Position numbers and translations under genes: made by a program | Part shown: positions 13,431-26,469 of the stretch, piece by piece | How the letters are laid out: every line of letters begins with the position of its first letter | How positions within the stretch are numbered: the stretch's first letter is position 1 | From: Bigelowiella natans CCMP2755 | Taxonomy: Eukaryota; Protista; Cercozoa | Assembly (NCBI GenBank): GCA_000320545.1 | Contig: ADNK01002829.1 | Coordinates: forward strand, 60,544-124,543 | Direction: 5' to 3' | DNA length: 64,000 bases | The notes under the pieces: model-generated | What the model was told of the DNA's origin: nothing | Seen by the model: the letters and a program-made list of their open reading frames with translations, nothing else | The model's database searches: none

Positions 13431-14468
13431 CTATATATAATAGCACGAGGGGTCATTCATATAACACGCGTGAATGTAGTTCACATCTTCCAACGTAAGC
13501 TTCCCAGCAAACGATCGATCGGCATAGGAAGGGTCCTTGCCATTCATAATGAGATCCACGTACGGTTTTGCCAACAAACGAATGTACTCGGGAATTCCAC
13601 TTCTATTGTAAAAGGTGCCAGACTCTTCTACTACAACTTGCATGTAGTATCCATTGGAACGATCCACAAGAGGATAATATCCAAAGGCGCCAGGATCAGA
13701 ATGAATATTTGCTTTTCTACAAGCCTCCGTGAAACCAAGTTCGCTGTCAAAGCATTCATAAAAGTGACCGAAGCAGTAATGGCCAAATAGCGTTGGCCCA
13801 GCAGGCATGACTGGTACTGGAGTATAATCCTTCTCCATCTCATTCGTAATTGACTTTGGAATCACTTTATGCGCAAGAATCCTATGCAAAAAGTTGCCAT
13901 AATCTTTTCCTGTGGTCTTGAGGCACACCGCGAGAGGTGGATTTGAGGCCCCATCCATACAGTCAGTAGAGGACATGTTGAACGATTTGAACAGATAATG
14001 ACTCAAGATTTGGGTTATGTTTTTCTTTGTAGCAGCTACTGCAATCGCTCCTGCAAGCTGCAAGTGATAACTGTTGTAGCTAAATACCTTCCCAGGCTCA
14101 CCTTGGAGTTTCACTTTCTCGTATATCTGTCTCGCACATTTCATAAAATTTCCATTGACGTTCTCCATACATTTGGGCCCATCATCATCATCCTCGCCTC
14201 GCACCGATGATTCTATAGTCAACTTGTCCCCTGGGGCTCCTCCACCAAAACCAGAGGTAAAAGATAGGAGCATTCGAAGAGTAACCTTGGAACGAGAATC
14301 CTTAGGGTCGGTAGTCCACCATGGAAGGTATTTGCTCGCCTTATCATCGAGAGAATCAATCTTCCCATCTGCGACAACGGCGGTAATCATGGAGGCGATT
14401 GGCCATTTACTCGTCGAAGCCGTCATGACCTATGGGGGATGGGATGATGTTTAGCATGAACGTGATAG

Positions 14469-14513
<45 letters not shown>

Positions 14514-14957
14514 ATAGCGGTGGTGTGTATGTGTGTGTGTGCGCGTAACTTATTATCAGAGGGGTAACCAAACCCCGCTGTGGTATCTATCAACCATGAG
14601 AATGATGAAAGTATGCAAATATGATCCGGCGTTTATGGAGCCCTTACCTTTCTATTCATTGTCATGTTCCCTTTCTCAAATAGAAATAAGCGGCCTTTCT
14701 CATTTCCCACCTACATGTTTGTATAAATTTAAAGGAGAGCACTATCAATTCGTAGTGAAAATTGCCGGTGTTGCTTCATTCCATCTAGAACAGGACACTA
14801 CCTCGACAGCAAAATCTTCAGTGTATGGCCAAGCCTCCAGCTGTGATCGGAGGGATTTCCATACACTATTTTCTTTATGATGTTTTTTTATACTGGTTGC
14901 TTGGGGCTGGTGATACGTGGAAAGGTGCATAGAGAGGATAAGGACCGTGTGCCACAT
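13431..14957 (-). CDS. Beta-lactamase/AmpC-fold serine hydrolase, probably secreted
   Basis: The large last exon has the SxxK motif (ASTSKW), VTLRMLLSFTSG and PGKVFSYNS. Small upstream exons read MWHTVLILSMHLS, ENSVWKSLRSQLEAWPYTEDFAVE and VGNEKGRLFLFEKGNMTMNRK. Confidence 0.85.
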
Positions 14958-15625
14958 GATTTCTGTAACGAAAAAAAATATATAAATGTTCGAGGAAAGG
15001 AAATTAATTGTTCTTAGACGCTAATTAACCTAGTTCGTTCTTTTCCGATACTGATCTGGTCAATGTTAAAGAGGTGGCAAGATCAGGATGATGGTGTCCA
15101 CAGTCGGCAGCCGATCAAGATGGTTTGTACGAGAAGATTACTAGCGAAAAAATAATTTTGACCAACTTATGTGGAAGTCGAAGGGGTATTTGAAAGACGA
15201 CATCACATATTGATTCAATTCCTTCAAATACGCTCTGTACTACACCACCGGTAGGTCTTCATGGTTTTATTGTCATTATTGATCTGTTTGTCCTTGATGT
15301 TCAATCTGCGACACGAAAACAAAATGGAAAAGGAAGCCACGATCTTTTTTGTTGATGTTTATCATTATTGTTGTCGTAGAGAGGTCTTTCCCTTGATTTG
15401 CTCCAGTTTTATCGCAGCGGGACGGATCGCACAACGGCATACACCAAGATGGAGAACTCCGTTAGAAAACACGCCAGTTGGTGTGGGTGATCAAAAATGT
15501 TTTCAATGGTTTCCCAAACCATCAACGCTGTGATGTGTTTGTCCATACCCAAAGTAATAAATAAAGCATTTTCATTCACTATTTTCTCTTCTTCAGACGG
15601 GAATGTTTACTTACCTGACACTATA

Positions 15626-16966
15626 ATGACACAACGACAGGTTCGGAGTAGGTTCTTCGCCGTGGTCGTTGCTGTGGTATCATTGATATCAATGAGTAAA
15701 ATCATAGGAATGGATATGAGTCCAAATGAAGTCCAATCGATACTGAGAAGTGTTAAACAACCCTTGGAGCAATTGCACTATCAACGAGGAGGAAATAGTA
15801 TATTTTGGCGCATCACACCGCACTTGAAGCGGCGCGTGTTTCATAATGTGGAAGCTTCTCGAAAAGAGCCACTTTTCAGAAACCCTACTATTAAAATTCG
15901 AAAAGGAGGATTAAGATATTATAGAATACCCCCTCCTCAATCTGCTGGCGAGCATCAAACGAATATACCTGGTGGTGATGACGATAATCATGCTGTGGAT
16001 ATTCTTTCACTGGAACATTTGTCTGTAAAGGAACTTCGCGTTCGGCTAAGGGACAAAGGTTGTACGGTGAGCGGTACAAAGGCTGAGCTTATCCAGCGGC
16101 TAAAACTTGCATTACGGGATGATGATGATGAAGAAGTCCGTGGCGAAGGAGATGCTACTGTTGAAGTTTCCGAGAAGAATGTTAGCACCAGCAATAGCCA
16201 GCAAGAAAGAGGGAAAAGCATAGAAGTTGAAAATGATACTGCACACATAAATCCAGCAGTGCCTGTCACATCGTCTTTCACAAATCCTCCTTCTCCTCCT
16301 CCTCCTCCCACCACTACTAGTAGTAGTAGTAGCGGCAATAGTGACGAGGATGGCACCTTGGAAATGCTGACAAGGTTTCCAGGAGTGATTTTCCGACAAA
16401 AGTCCAATAAATGGGAGGCTCACACGAATTATGGTGAAAAGCAACTATTCGTGGGTTTATTTCCGAGTGAAGAAGATGCTTGGGGGGCGATTCAGAAACG
16501 AAGAGAAAAGCTGCGTTGGCCACCTCTCACGCTTGAGGAAGGGTTAAATCCACATGATAACACCAAGAAATCAACAACATCTTTAGTCGTTCTCAAGGAA
16601 GAACAAACTCAACATTGTTTATGTAAATCTGATGCATATTCACCAACAGTTTTATCATATGTGTGTTTCCTTTTATCCCCCTTTCCTTTACTCCTGGTGT
16701 TTTCTTCTTCTTCTCTCCAGATACATGTATGCTTTCTTTCCGGGTTTGAAGTGGGATGAAAGCAAAAGGCTGTGGATTGCAACCACAAAACATTGGACGG
16801 CGGATGATCATGAGGAATATGTCGGTGAATTCGCATCACGTGCTGAGGTCGGTCATCTTAAGCAGCCTTTGTTAAAAGTGGCTTGTGAAATACTAGAAGA
16901 AGAACGAATGCAAAGACGGGTTTTCGGATATAAACGAAATCCTGTCGCTTTTTCCTCGCCGATTAC

Positions 16967-16999
<33 letters not shown>

Positions 17000-17730
17000 T
17001 GTCATCATATTTGTCTCATTTTCATCATCTATTTTTGCTTCACAACCTTAAACAACTAGGCGTGGTTTGAAGTTAGACGATTTCGAAAGGAGAAAAATTG
17101 GCCTGAAATAAGTACCACGCCTCCTGTTCAAACTTCTATCAAGGAGCAGGAGGAGGAGGAAACAGAAACGAGAAACGAAGACGGGGCTGAATCGTCATCA
17201 TCATCACTATCACCATCTCAAAGTGAGCAGCTTTCCTCTTCTTTTGGATCGTCACCACCAAAAGATTCATCTTCTCCTTCGACTGCAACAAATGGGAATG
17301 CAGAAACAATGATACCTGAAAACCTTTTGAAGGAAGTTGGGGAGGAAGAAGAAAAGTCCCAAGTAATAAATGATTCATCATCAACCCTCGGCACGAGCAG
17401 CGGCAGCAGCAGCAGCAGCAGCAGCAGCAATCCTCCAAATGATGATGATGAAGACTACGACGAAATAATATATAACAGCAACCTATTAGCTCTAAGCGTA
17501 TCCGAGCTTAAAGAGGAAGCACGAAGAAGAAACCTTTCACCGAGAGGAAGAAAGGTACTTTCTATATAATGTGCGGAGGAATTTAGTAAGGAGGCGAGCA
17601 AGTTCTCCACGCTCTTCTCAAGCAATCATCGTCATGAATCAACATTATGATACTGTCTCAGATCGACATAGTAGCACGTTTGGAGCGAGCAATGGCAATT
17701 CCTGACACTGAATTTGACAAACCAGCTAAG
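15626..17730 (+). CDS. SAP + AP2-like + AP2-like + SAP domain protein with N-terminal hydrophobic leader (3' end uncertain)
   Basis: SAP: LEHLSVKELRVRLRDKGCTVSGTKAELIQRL and LLALSVSELKEEARRRNLSPRGRK|IDIVARL. AP2-like: FPGVIFRQKSNKWEAHTNYGEKQLFVGLFPSEEDAW and FPGLKWDESKRLWIATT...YVGEFASRAE|AW. Introns 16543-16720, 16848-17059 and 17555-17661 keep the frame. Confidence 0.8.
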
Positions 17731-18203
17731 GTAGCACTAATGTTCTATTCACTAGTAGGGAAGAATGACGATGATGATGATGATAGGGTTAGAAAGAAGA
17801 GGAGGAAGAGGAGGGTGTGTTGAATCACAGATGATTTCTTAGACGACTACTGTTACTACTGATAATAGTAATATTCCTTCAAAAGCAAAGAATATCATAA
17901 ATATCAACACGACAAGGAATATAACGATTTTGAACATCATATCCACCATATAGAAGGGAGGGGGGAAATGATATAGCATGTGCAATATCAACAATCTCTA
18001 TATAAATATTTATTATGTGTGTGTAACATCCTCTACACACAAAATAATACGTGAAATATTCCTCTTTTGCATCATCCATCCACAAAACCACCTCCCTCCC
18101 TCCCTCATCATCTCGTGATAGTAGTAGTAGCACCTTTTCTTATCTACATTTGTACACACTTTGAGCACTATACACTGGCAAATTGCTCATTTTACCAACA
18201 TAA

Positions 18204-18248
<45 letters not shown>

Positions 18249-18339
18249 AATCGGTAATGGGGTAGCAGCAGCAGCACTCTTCTTGCCAGTAGTTTTTCTA
18301 TACAATAGTCATCAATAAGTGTCATCGTGGATCTACTAC

Positions 18340-18421
<82 letters not shown>

Positions 18422-18799
18422 CCCAATAAGTGTCTAGTGGTGGATCTACTACGAATCTGCTTCACATATTACTACATTGATGATGATGATGATGATGCAT
18501 TTACAGTTATTTGTTAATATGTTCTGGAAGAGGAGACGGGGAGAGAACGATGTTACCATTAGCAACTGTTTCCATTTCTATCTCTGAGTGCGTGAGTGTG
18601 TGTTTTCACAGTGATGTGAAGTTTAGTTGTTTATTAGTATCTCTAGCCATCATGAACAGATCATCGTCCTCTTTTTCTTCTTCTTTTTGTTCTTTTTGTT
18701 CTTCTTGTTCAATTCAACTTAGATACGTTATATATATCTTATCTTATCGTATTTATCCGAAACCAATTAAACAACATCAACATCATCCATCCATCCGAG

Positions 18800-20531
18800 G
18801 TGTTGGACTCCTACGAAGAAGAAGAAGAAGAAGAAGAACCCGATCATGCGTCCTCCTCCTCCTCCTCCTCCTCCTCCTCCTCCTTTGCCCAACTGAAGGA
18901 AGAGTTAGAAGCCCTGCGACATAGAGAGGAAGAGTGGACCACGGCTTATCAAGATGCAGTAAAGGCAAAGATTTACTCAGAGAGAATAATTAGCAATCTC
19001 GAAAGAGCTGCATGGCTTCAACCTGAAGTCGTCATGCCTATTTTAGAAAAAGCGAGGCAAGAAGCTCAAGCAGCAGCAGCAGAAGAAGAAGAACAAGATC
19101 ACGATGATCTAGATAGAGCAGCATTTGTAGCATCATCATCAAATGACAACGAGTTTAGAATAGTAGGTGGGGTGAGTACAACTAGTAGCAATGATGAAGA
19201 TGGTAATCATCGTCGTGATATTCTTCAAGATCTTGAAGATGAACTAAGCAGTAGTAGTAGTAGCAGTAGTAGCAGTGGAGGTGCAGTACCATCAAAAGGA
19301 GGAAGAAGAGAACAAGAAGAAGAAGAAGAAGAAGAAAGCAGAAACCTTGCTGCTGCTGCTGCTGCTGCTCAAAATCATCATAATAGCGATCACAACGACG
19401 ATGTCTATGACAATGATTATGATATCATAAGAAGTGATGACTCCTCCTCCTCCTCCTCCTCCTCCTCCTCCTCCTCTCCCTCTCTACGTTCTCGTGTACG
19501 AAGAAGGCGTGAAGCACAAGTAGCTCAACTTGAGCTCCTGAAGGATCAGCTGTCTATGGTCCAAGAATCAAGGGATTCACTGGCTACACGTGTGAAATCA
19601 GAGCAAGATAGAAGGAAATCTCTGGAAAGGACTTTAGCCCAATTCAGGTCAACCCAGCCACAAGAGACGGCAATTGCAGATCTGAAAGCACAAGTTAAGA
19701 GCATGCTCACCCGTGAGGAGGAGAGGAAAGAACTCATTAAAACTTTGACAGAAGAGCGCGACAATGCAATCGAGGCAGCAATAGTGGGGGGGACTAGTAG
19801 TAAGCGTGGTGGACAAGAAGGATGGGATACAGATGGTGATGATGATGATTATGGAAGGAAAAAGGGGGTAGGACCAGAAGAAAGCAGCTACGTTATGTCA
19901 GAGGCAGAGGTGATTCTTAACGAAACTCTTGCTCGTCTTGATGATGCAGAGACTCGTGCCAAAGAGGCGGAGGATCGTGTGTTGGAATTAGAAAGAAGAA
20001 CAACCCAATTCGCCACCACCACCACCAGCAGCAGCAGCAGCAGCAGCAAGATCTTACCTGCTCTTCCTTCCTCTTCCTCCTCGCCATTAACCGATGGTAA
20101 TGATCATCAAGTTGTACAGAAGACAGGGAAGGAAGAAGAAGAAGAAGAAGAAGAAGGAGGAGAAGAAGACTATATGGCATCATTACAACGTGAAAATGAA
20201 GTTCTTAAACAAAGAAATGGCAAACTTGTGAATGCGATCATCGGGCAAGGAGAGGTTCTTGAGAGAGCAGTCTTTAAAAGGATCATGAGACAACAACTGC
20301 CAATTAAGCGTATGCAACGTAGCACCGTGAAGAAGCTGGTGGAGGGACTAGGGAACATCAGGGATCTTGCAGAACGACAACACGCAACTGAGAATGTTCA
20401 GTCATTGGTCAGTCACCAACAGAATCAAGGGGTACTTGACGATCATAATTTACTACGTGATCGAGTATTCCAGCAAGTAGAAATGGAGGCGAGAGAAGAA
20501 CAAGAACAAGAAAAGAACACGTGGATTTCGG

Positions 20532-20562
<31 letters not shown>

Positions 20563-20650
20563 GAGCACAAGTCCTAGCAGCAGCGATGATGATGATAATA
20601 TGCTATCACCACCACCACCACCAGCAGTAGCAGCAGCAAGAACAGACATG
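18800..20650 (+). CDS. Large coiled-coil, poly-Ser/Glu-rich exon of unknown function
   Basis: 618-codon open frame with heptad-like E/K/R/L runs. It begins at GTG rather than ATG and ends at a candidate donor ATG|GTATAG, so it is probably an internal exon. Confidence 0.7.
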
Positions 20651-20900
20651 GTATAGAGTAGAATAAGAACAATTGTACCACATCATCATTTTAGTACCAC
20701 CAGTAGCCGTAGTAGTAGTAGTAGTAGTAGTAGTCTAGGTCATGTTTGGTTGTGTCTGCTCCTCCTCCCCCTTGTGTTAGTTAGTTAGTAGTACTAGTAG
20801 AAGTACTAGTAACGAGGAGGAGGAGGAGGAAGTAGGTCGTCTGTCTACTACGGCTACGCATTTCTTTAATTCTTTTGTTTAGTCTTAATACGGTGTTTCC

Positions 20901-20969
<69 letters not shown>

Positions 20970-21035
20970 CAGGCTCCTACTTGCACACTACTACTACTCT
21001 TCTTCAACCAATACTACGAACCACGTTTTCTTTTA

Positions 21036-21074
<39 letters not shown>

Positions 21075-21330
21075 CTTGTTCTTATTATTATTAGTTATAC
21101 TTGCGCGATAGTATCCATCCACAGCACCTGTTTAAATTTTGCTATTACTACTCTCGTGATTGCATCAGTTGTCAAGATCTACGATGAGTTTATTCATTTT
21201 GTTCTCTTCGAGAGGAGTGATGTCTATATTGATTCTGTAGTTGTCGCTATATTATTGTCAACGTCACTGGGGTTCCTTATATTTACCTAACATTATTATT
21301 ATTGGGATCTATATTTGTGGATATAATATA

Positions 21331-21372
<42 letters not shown>

Positions 21373-21440
21373 GATCACATTTAATTAGTATCAAATTGCG
21401 TTTTGTTGATCTTTTACATATATTAACGCCCTACACACAC

Positions 21441-21487
<47 letters not shown>

Positions 21488-21505
21488 TCGTATATTTCAT
21501 TTACA

Positions 21506-21543
<38 letters not shown>

Positions 21544-21613
21544 GTATATATGTGTAATCTCTTCACAATTCTCGGTGTCATTGACCTTATGTTGTTGTTA
21601 TTGTTCTTGATAG

Positions 21614-22126
21614 AATGCCCTGGAAAGGCTGGAAAATTTGGCAAAGATCTTAAATGAAACTCTTGGTTATCAAATTGCATTCGAAGACATTCCTGACCCG
21701 AGCGAGGAGGAACTACAACAGCTTACCAAATCAAATGATGTATGTTATAGATGTAGAATCAACGTAGAACTCGTGGTAGCAGCAGTAGTAGTAGTAGTAG
21801 TCGTAGTAGTTGTTTTTGTGTTGTGGTTATTATGCGTCATCTTCTTTCATTTGTCACATGCAGTGTGCATGGATATGCATGTATGTATGTGATATGTGTG
21901 CTTGCAAAAGCAGAAAGAAGGAGAAGAAGAAGAGAATATGATGAAATAGTGTATACGATGGCTGCTGATGGTTTTCCAAAGTGTATGTATGTCTGTAAGT
22001 ATGTTACGTATGTATGATTCATTTTTTATTGGCCTACATTTCCTTCATCACTAGAGGAATTACAACAGAGTTGTCTGCTGCTGCAGCACCCCATCATGAT
22101 CATAATTATGATCAATAGACATCATC

Positions 22127-22167
<41 letters not shown>

Positions 22168-22751
22168 CATCAGACATCCATGGTACGGCTGGCAGAATTA
22201 GCTCTCGCCGATGACCCCAGTGCATTTGCGGATGATACGACGACGAGTACATCAAAGCAAGGTGATGATGATGATGATGATTCACGTAGATAGGTAGGTA
22301 GGTAGGAGGTATTGCTGCTTTTTACAATTCTCTCATGACTAACATCTCTCCTCATTTTCCAAATAACACTTAGGAGAAGGAGGAAGCTCCTCATTTGGTA
22401 GCAAGAAGAGTGGCCCTAACTTACATCCTTTGGAGGCAGCTTTGGACTTATCTCCTGAGGACTTGCTTCAGGTTGCTGCATGAATGATGCACAAACCACC
22501 ACCACCAGCAGCACCACCATGTACCGATGATCATAGAAGGACAAGAGCGTGTGCACGACCCTAATGTAGTAGTATACTACGTGGATTAGTGTTGTCGAAT
22601 CATAATGTGCATATGATACTACTCTTTCTCTTTCTCTCTCCTCCTCCTTCTTCTCCCTCTCTCGATCCCCTATTCACCATAGTTACGTTCCATTTCCAAA
22701 AAACGCATAAGAGCCGAAGAAAAGAAGGCAGAAAAGGTGGTTAAAGATTAT

Positions 22752-22791
<40 letters not shown>

Positions 22792-23189
22792 GTGTCTCAA
22801 TATGATTGTCGTTTGTATGTTGTTCTTCTTGTTCTTGTTGTTATTGTTGTTACAGAAAAGACAAGAGGACGCTAAACGTGAAATGGAGGAGAAGGCAATG
22901 GGTAAAATCAGCATAGACAAACCCCCTCCACCCTACGAAGGAGAGGAGGCCACGTTTGATTGGGCACAACTTGAGGTATACTGATAGTAATAGTAGTAGG
23001 AATTACCAATAATGCTGATTGATTGTTCTCTTTTACACACCACCACCAACTACTACTACTGCTACTACATGGACAACGACGACGACGATGACACATGCAT
23101 GCATGGGATCGATCGCGCTTTTGAGGAAGAAACTGCAGTAGTAGTGATTCATGCATCAATTCATCAATTGATCCATCCATGTATGCGTG

Positions 23190-23250
<61 letters not shown>

Positions 23251-24089
23251 AAAGACATCGATAAGTTGCGTCAACAAAATCGGAGCTTGGAGGAGCTTGA
23301 CCCCTCTCACCCAGCAGCAGCAGCTATTGCCACCGCTAGGAAGCAGAAACAGCAAGATCAGCTAGTACAGGGTGGTGGTAGCAGCAGTAACAGTCTTGAC
23401 GACGATGTGAGAACATCGTCCTCCTCCTCCGAGGTAATGAAAGCTAAACTTGGCATTGGACAAGTGGGGGGTTCAGGTGATATGTCTGAGATTGTCAAGA
23501 TCATGGATATGGCCAAGGTGTGTGTGTTGTGAATGCTGTTGTGAATATGCCGTCCTTTTCTCTCTACTCTCCATCTCTGCATACATTCATCATCATCATC
23601 CTGCTGCTGCTGCTGCTGCTGTTACAACAACAACAACAACACCTTCTTCTTCTTCTTCTTCTTCTTCTACTGCTACTACTACTTCCAAGGTTGCAAGCGA
23701 AGAATACGCTCATGAGTTTAATGAGAAAAATGATGGCGACGATAATGAAGATAACCCAAAGTAATGAACATAGATGCTGTCAAGTGGTCTGGGTAGACGG
23801 GGGGGGGGAGAGTGTTCTGGTTGCTTTCACACAGTTTTAAGTTGTTATCATGATTTATGTTAATATGGTATTATATAGCGCTATCGATGCAACATACGAC
23901 GATGAGTCATCATTATCATCATCAACTGCTGCAAAGCTAAAGCCTCCAAAGCTAAAGCCTTCAGACCGAAAACTTGCGGTGGGTGATAGCCCTAATGTAG
24001 CAGTAGAAGTAGCAGTAGTAGTATTGAATGAGGAAGAGGTGGAAGAAGGCAGTTGGTGAATATATGACTCCTTATCTTGAGTGCAAAAT

Positions 24090-24120
<31 letters not shown>

Positions 24121-24555
24121 ATGGGATTAGGTGACAAGCAACCACCACTAACAAACACATTATTTATGTAAATATATGTGTAATAATATATCAGGACCGT
24201 ATTATATCAGTTATGATTGCTCGGGATGATGAGAGAGAATGGGCAGAGCTGATCAAGGAATCAGAGGTGTGGAGAGCATCCGCAGATAATGTCTTCATTA
24301 GGTTAAAGCAGAGAATAGCGAAAGCTTCCAATAAAGAAGTGGAGTGGGATTTAAGGGTCTTGGAAAGAGATCTCACCAAAATGCATCAGATGTTTCTCAA
24401 TCAAGATGGGCCTTTTAAGCCTACTTCACTAAGTGCTGCAGCCTTGAAAAAAGCAGCAACGGAATGGGCTGCTGGAGGCCTGGAAAATATGACTCCCCGT
24501 GATAGAGAGATGTGCGACAAATTGGCAATTTTCTTTGAACGAAGGGTACAATCAA

Positions 24556-24606
<51 letters not shown>

Positions 24607-25117
24607 TTATCATCTTTACGTGTATGCTGATCAACCTACTGCTACTTACATATTACTACTGTTCTTGCAGCGCTCTCGTCATTTTTGTATGAGGATGATA
24701 TGTTAAAAAACATTTACATATCCTCTTCTTATTTTTATCATTACTATTACTTCTCTATTAACCGTATTACATGTTGTTTCTTGTTGTTGTTGTTGTTGTT
24801 GCTGTTGTTGTTGTAATTCTCTAATCGTTCTTCCTACTGTTCCTCTTCGTCTCTGTTCTTCCAAGGATCCTTCGGAATGGTTTCGTATATTACGGGAGAG
24901 CAAAACGTGGCCTATCATTGCGGAGCGTTTCTTCTATCGTCTGAGAATGCGAATAAGATCTGAGCGTGGAGAGAAGAAACGGGAAAGCTTAATAGAAATG
25001 AGGGCTATTTTGCGTGAATGTCATCAACAGGTATGGTGCAATTGATAGTAGTTAAGTAACAAGCAAGTAGTATCAGGAGGAAGAAGAGCTCATATATTAT
25101 TTGTGCTGCAATAAGAG

Positions 25118-25163
<46 letters not shown>

Positions 25164-25501
25164 CATCAATAGATGGTAACTTGTGTACTATATGCTGCCA
25201 CCACACCTGGTTGGTGCTATTCCATCCTTGCCACTAATTGTATTTTATGCGTGTGTGCGTGTGTAGGTATTTGGAGTAGAAGCTCCAGATACAGCCTCTT
25301 TGGAAGCCCTTGGAAGCGCAGACTATAGAAAGATAAAGACGCGATCAGGTAGTAGTATTATACCATTGTGTTGGAGATATAAGGATATTACCTACTAACT
25401 TGTTGCTATCAACAGATAAAAACGTGGATTCAAACACGCAGTACTACTGGAATAAACTCATTGGTGGGAGTAAAAGGGAACGCAGAGAAAAGGAAAGCTG
25501 A
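21614..25501 (+). CDS. Multi-exon helical protein with an internally duplicated W-x6-S-x2-W-x6-F-x-R-type domain; probably the continuation of the 18800 exon
   Basis: In-frame GT-AG exons run from NALERLENLAKILNE to ...RERREKES* (TGA 25499-25501). Repeats: DEREWAELIKESEVWRASADNVFIRLKQRI and DPSEWFRILRESKTWPIIAERFFYRLRMRI. Confidence 0.7.
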
Positions 25502-25927
25502 TGATCAAGGAGAGAGAACAACGCAGAGAAAAAAGTAACTCAAGATGAGAAAAAATAGCAGTTTAAAATAATATTGGGTGATAATTTGAGATTATTATTC
25601 GGAAAGAAAATGATATGATGCATCAGCAAATTTATGTCTGGTAATAATATGTTTAGTATGATTTCCTTCTATCGACGACCTAGGAAGTATTGGGTTGATG
25701 AGTTTTTCTGTTGAATGTTGAGAATGACAGATGGCTAGTATAATCTGTCGGCAAGCGCATTATTAACTAGGCGACGAATTCTTTAGCTTCAGCCAATCAT
25801 CTGAAGCTGAGAGCATGTTTCTAGATATGCTCGTGCAATTTGTTGACCGATAAGTAACAATTCAATGGACAGTAGAGTCTACTAGAGAGTATCGAGAATA
25901 GGAAAGTGAGACGGATGTGATGAAGAA

Positions 25928-26449
25928 TCAAATTTTTTCAATGGTCATCCTGATGTAGCTGTGCAATGCAGCGGCTACAGCGCTAATGTTGCATCTGTTG
26001 GTTTCTGCCACAATGTGTTTCATGCATTTGAAAGCGTCCTCATGCGACCGATGTTGCCGCGCACTGCGCGCAGCAGTTCTGGATTCAATTTCAGCCTTTG
26101 TCAACCGGTTCGTGTCGTCGTTGCGATTCATGATCGCGCGCATTTGATTGCGCAATCTGATTTGTTCTCGACCATGTGTTGGACATTGCAGGAGATGATC
26201 CATGTCCTTCAGGATGCCACATGCATCGCACGTGGCATCTTCCTCTGTGCATTGTCCACGTGACAGCATGAATTTGCCAAGATTGCCGACACCACAGATG
26301 GCGCGCATCCATGATGTAGCAACACTTGGAAGTTTCAGTTTGATGCCGGTGATCGAAGATGACGGGAGGAAACCAAGATTCTTGAGATGCACAGCGCGCA
26401 ATGAATCATTGGACCATTCCTGTTCAAACGGACTCATAGCCGCGCACAA
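25928..26449 (-). mobile_element. Inverted 3' fragment of a LINE ORF2 (C-terminal CCHC zinc knuckle)
   Basis: Open frame ...WMRAICGVGNLGKFM...CDACGILKDMDHLLQCP, typical of a LINE ORF2 C-terminus. It abuts the 5' end of the plus-strand LINE. Confidence 0.75.
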
Positions 26450-26469
26450 GTGAAATATTGCCCACCGTG

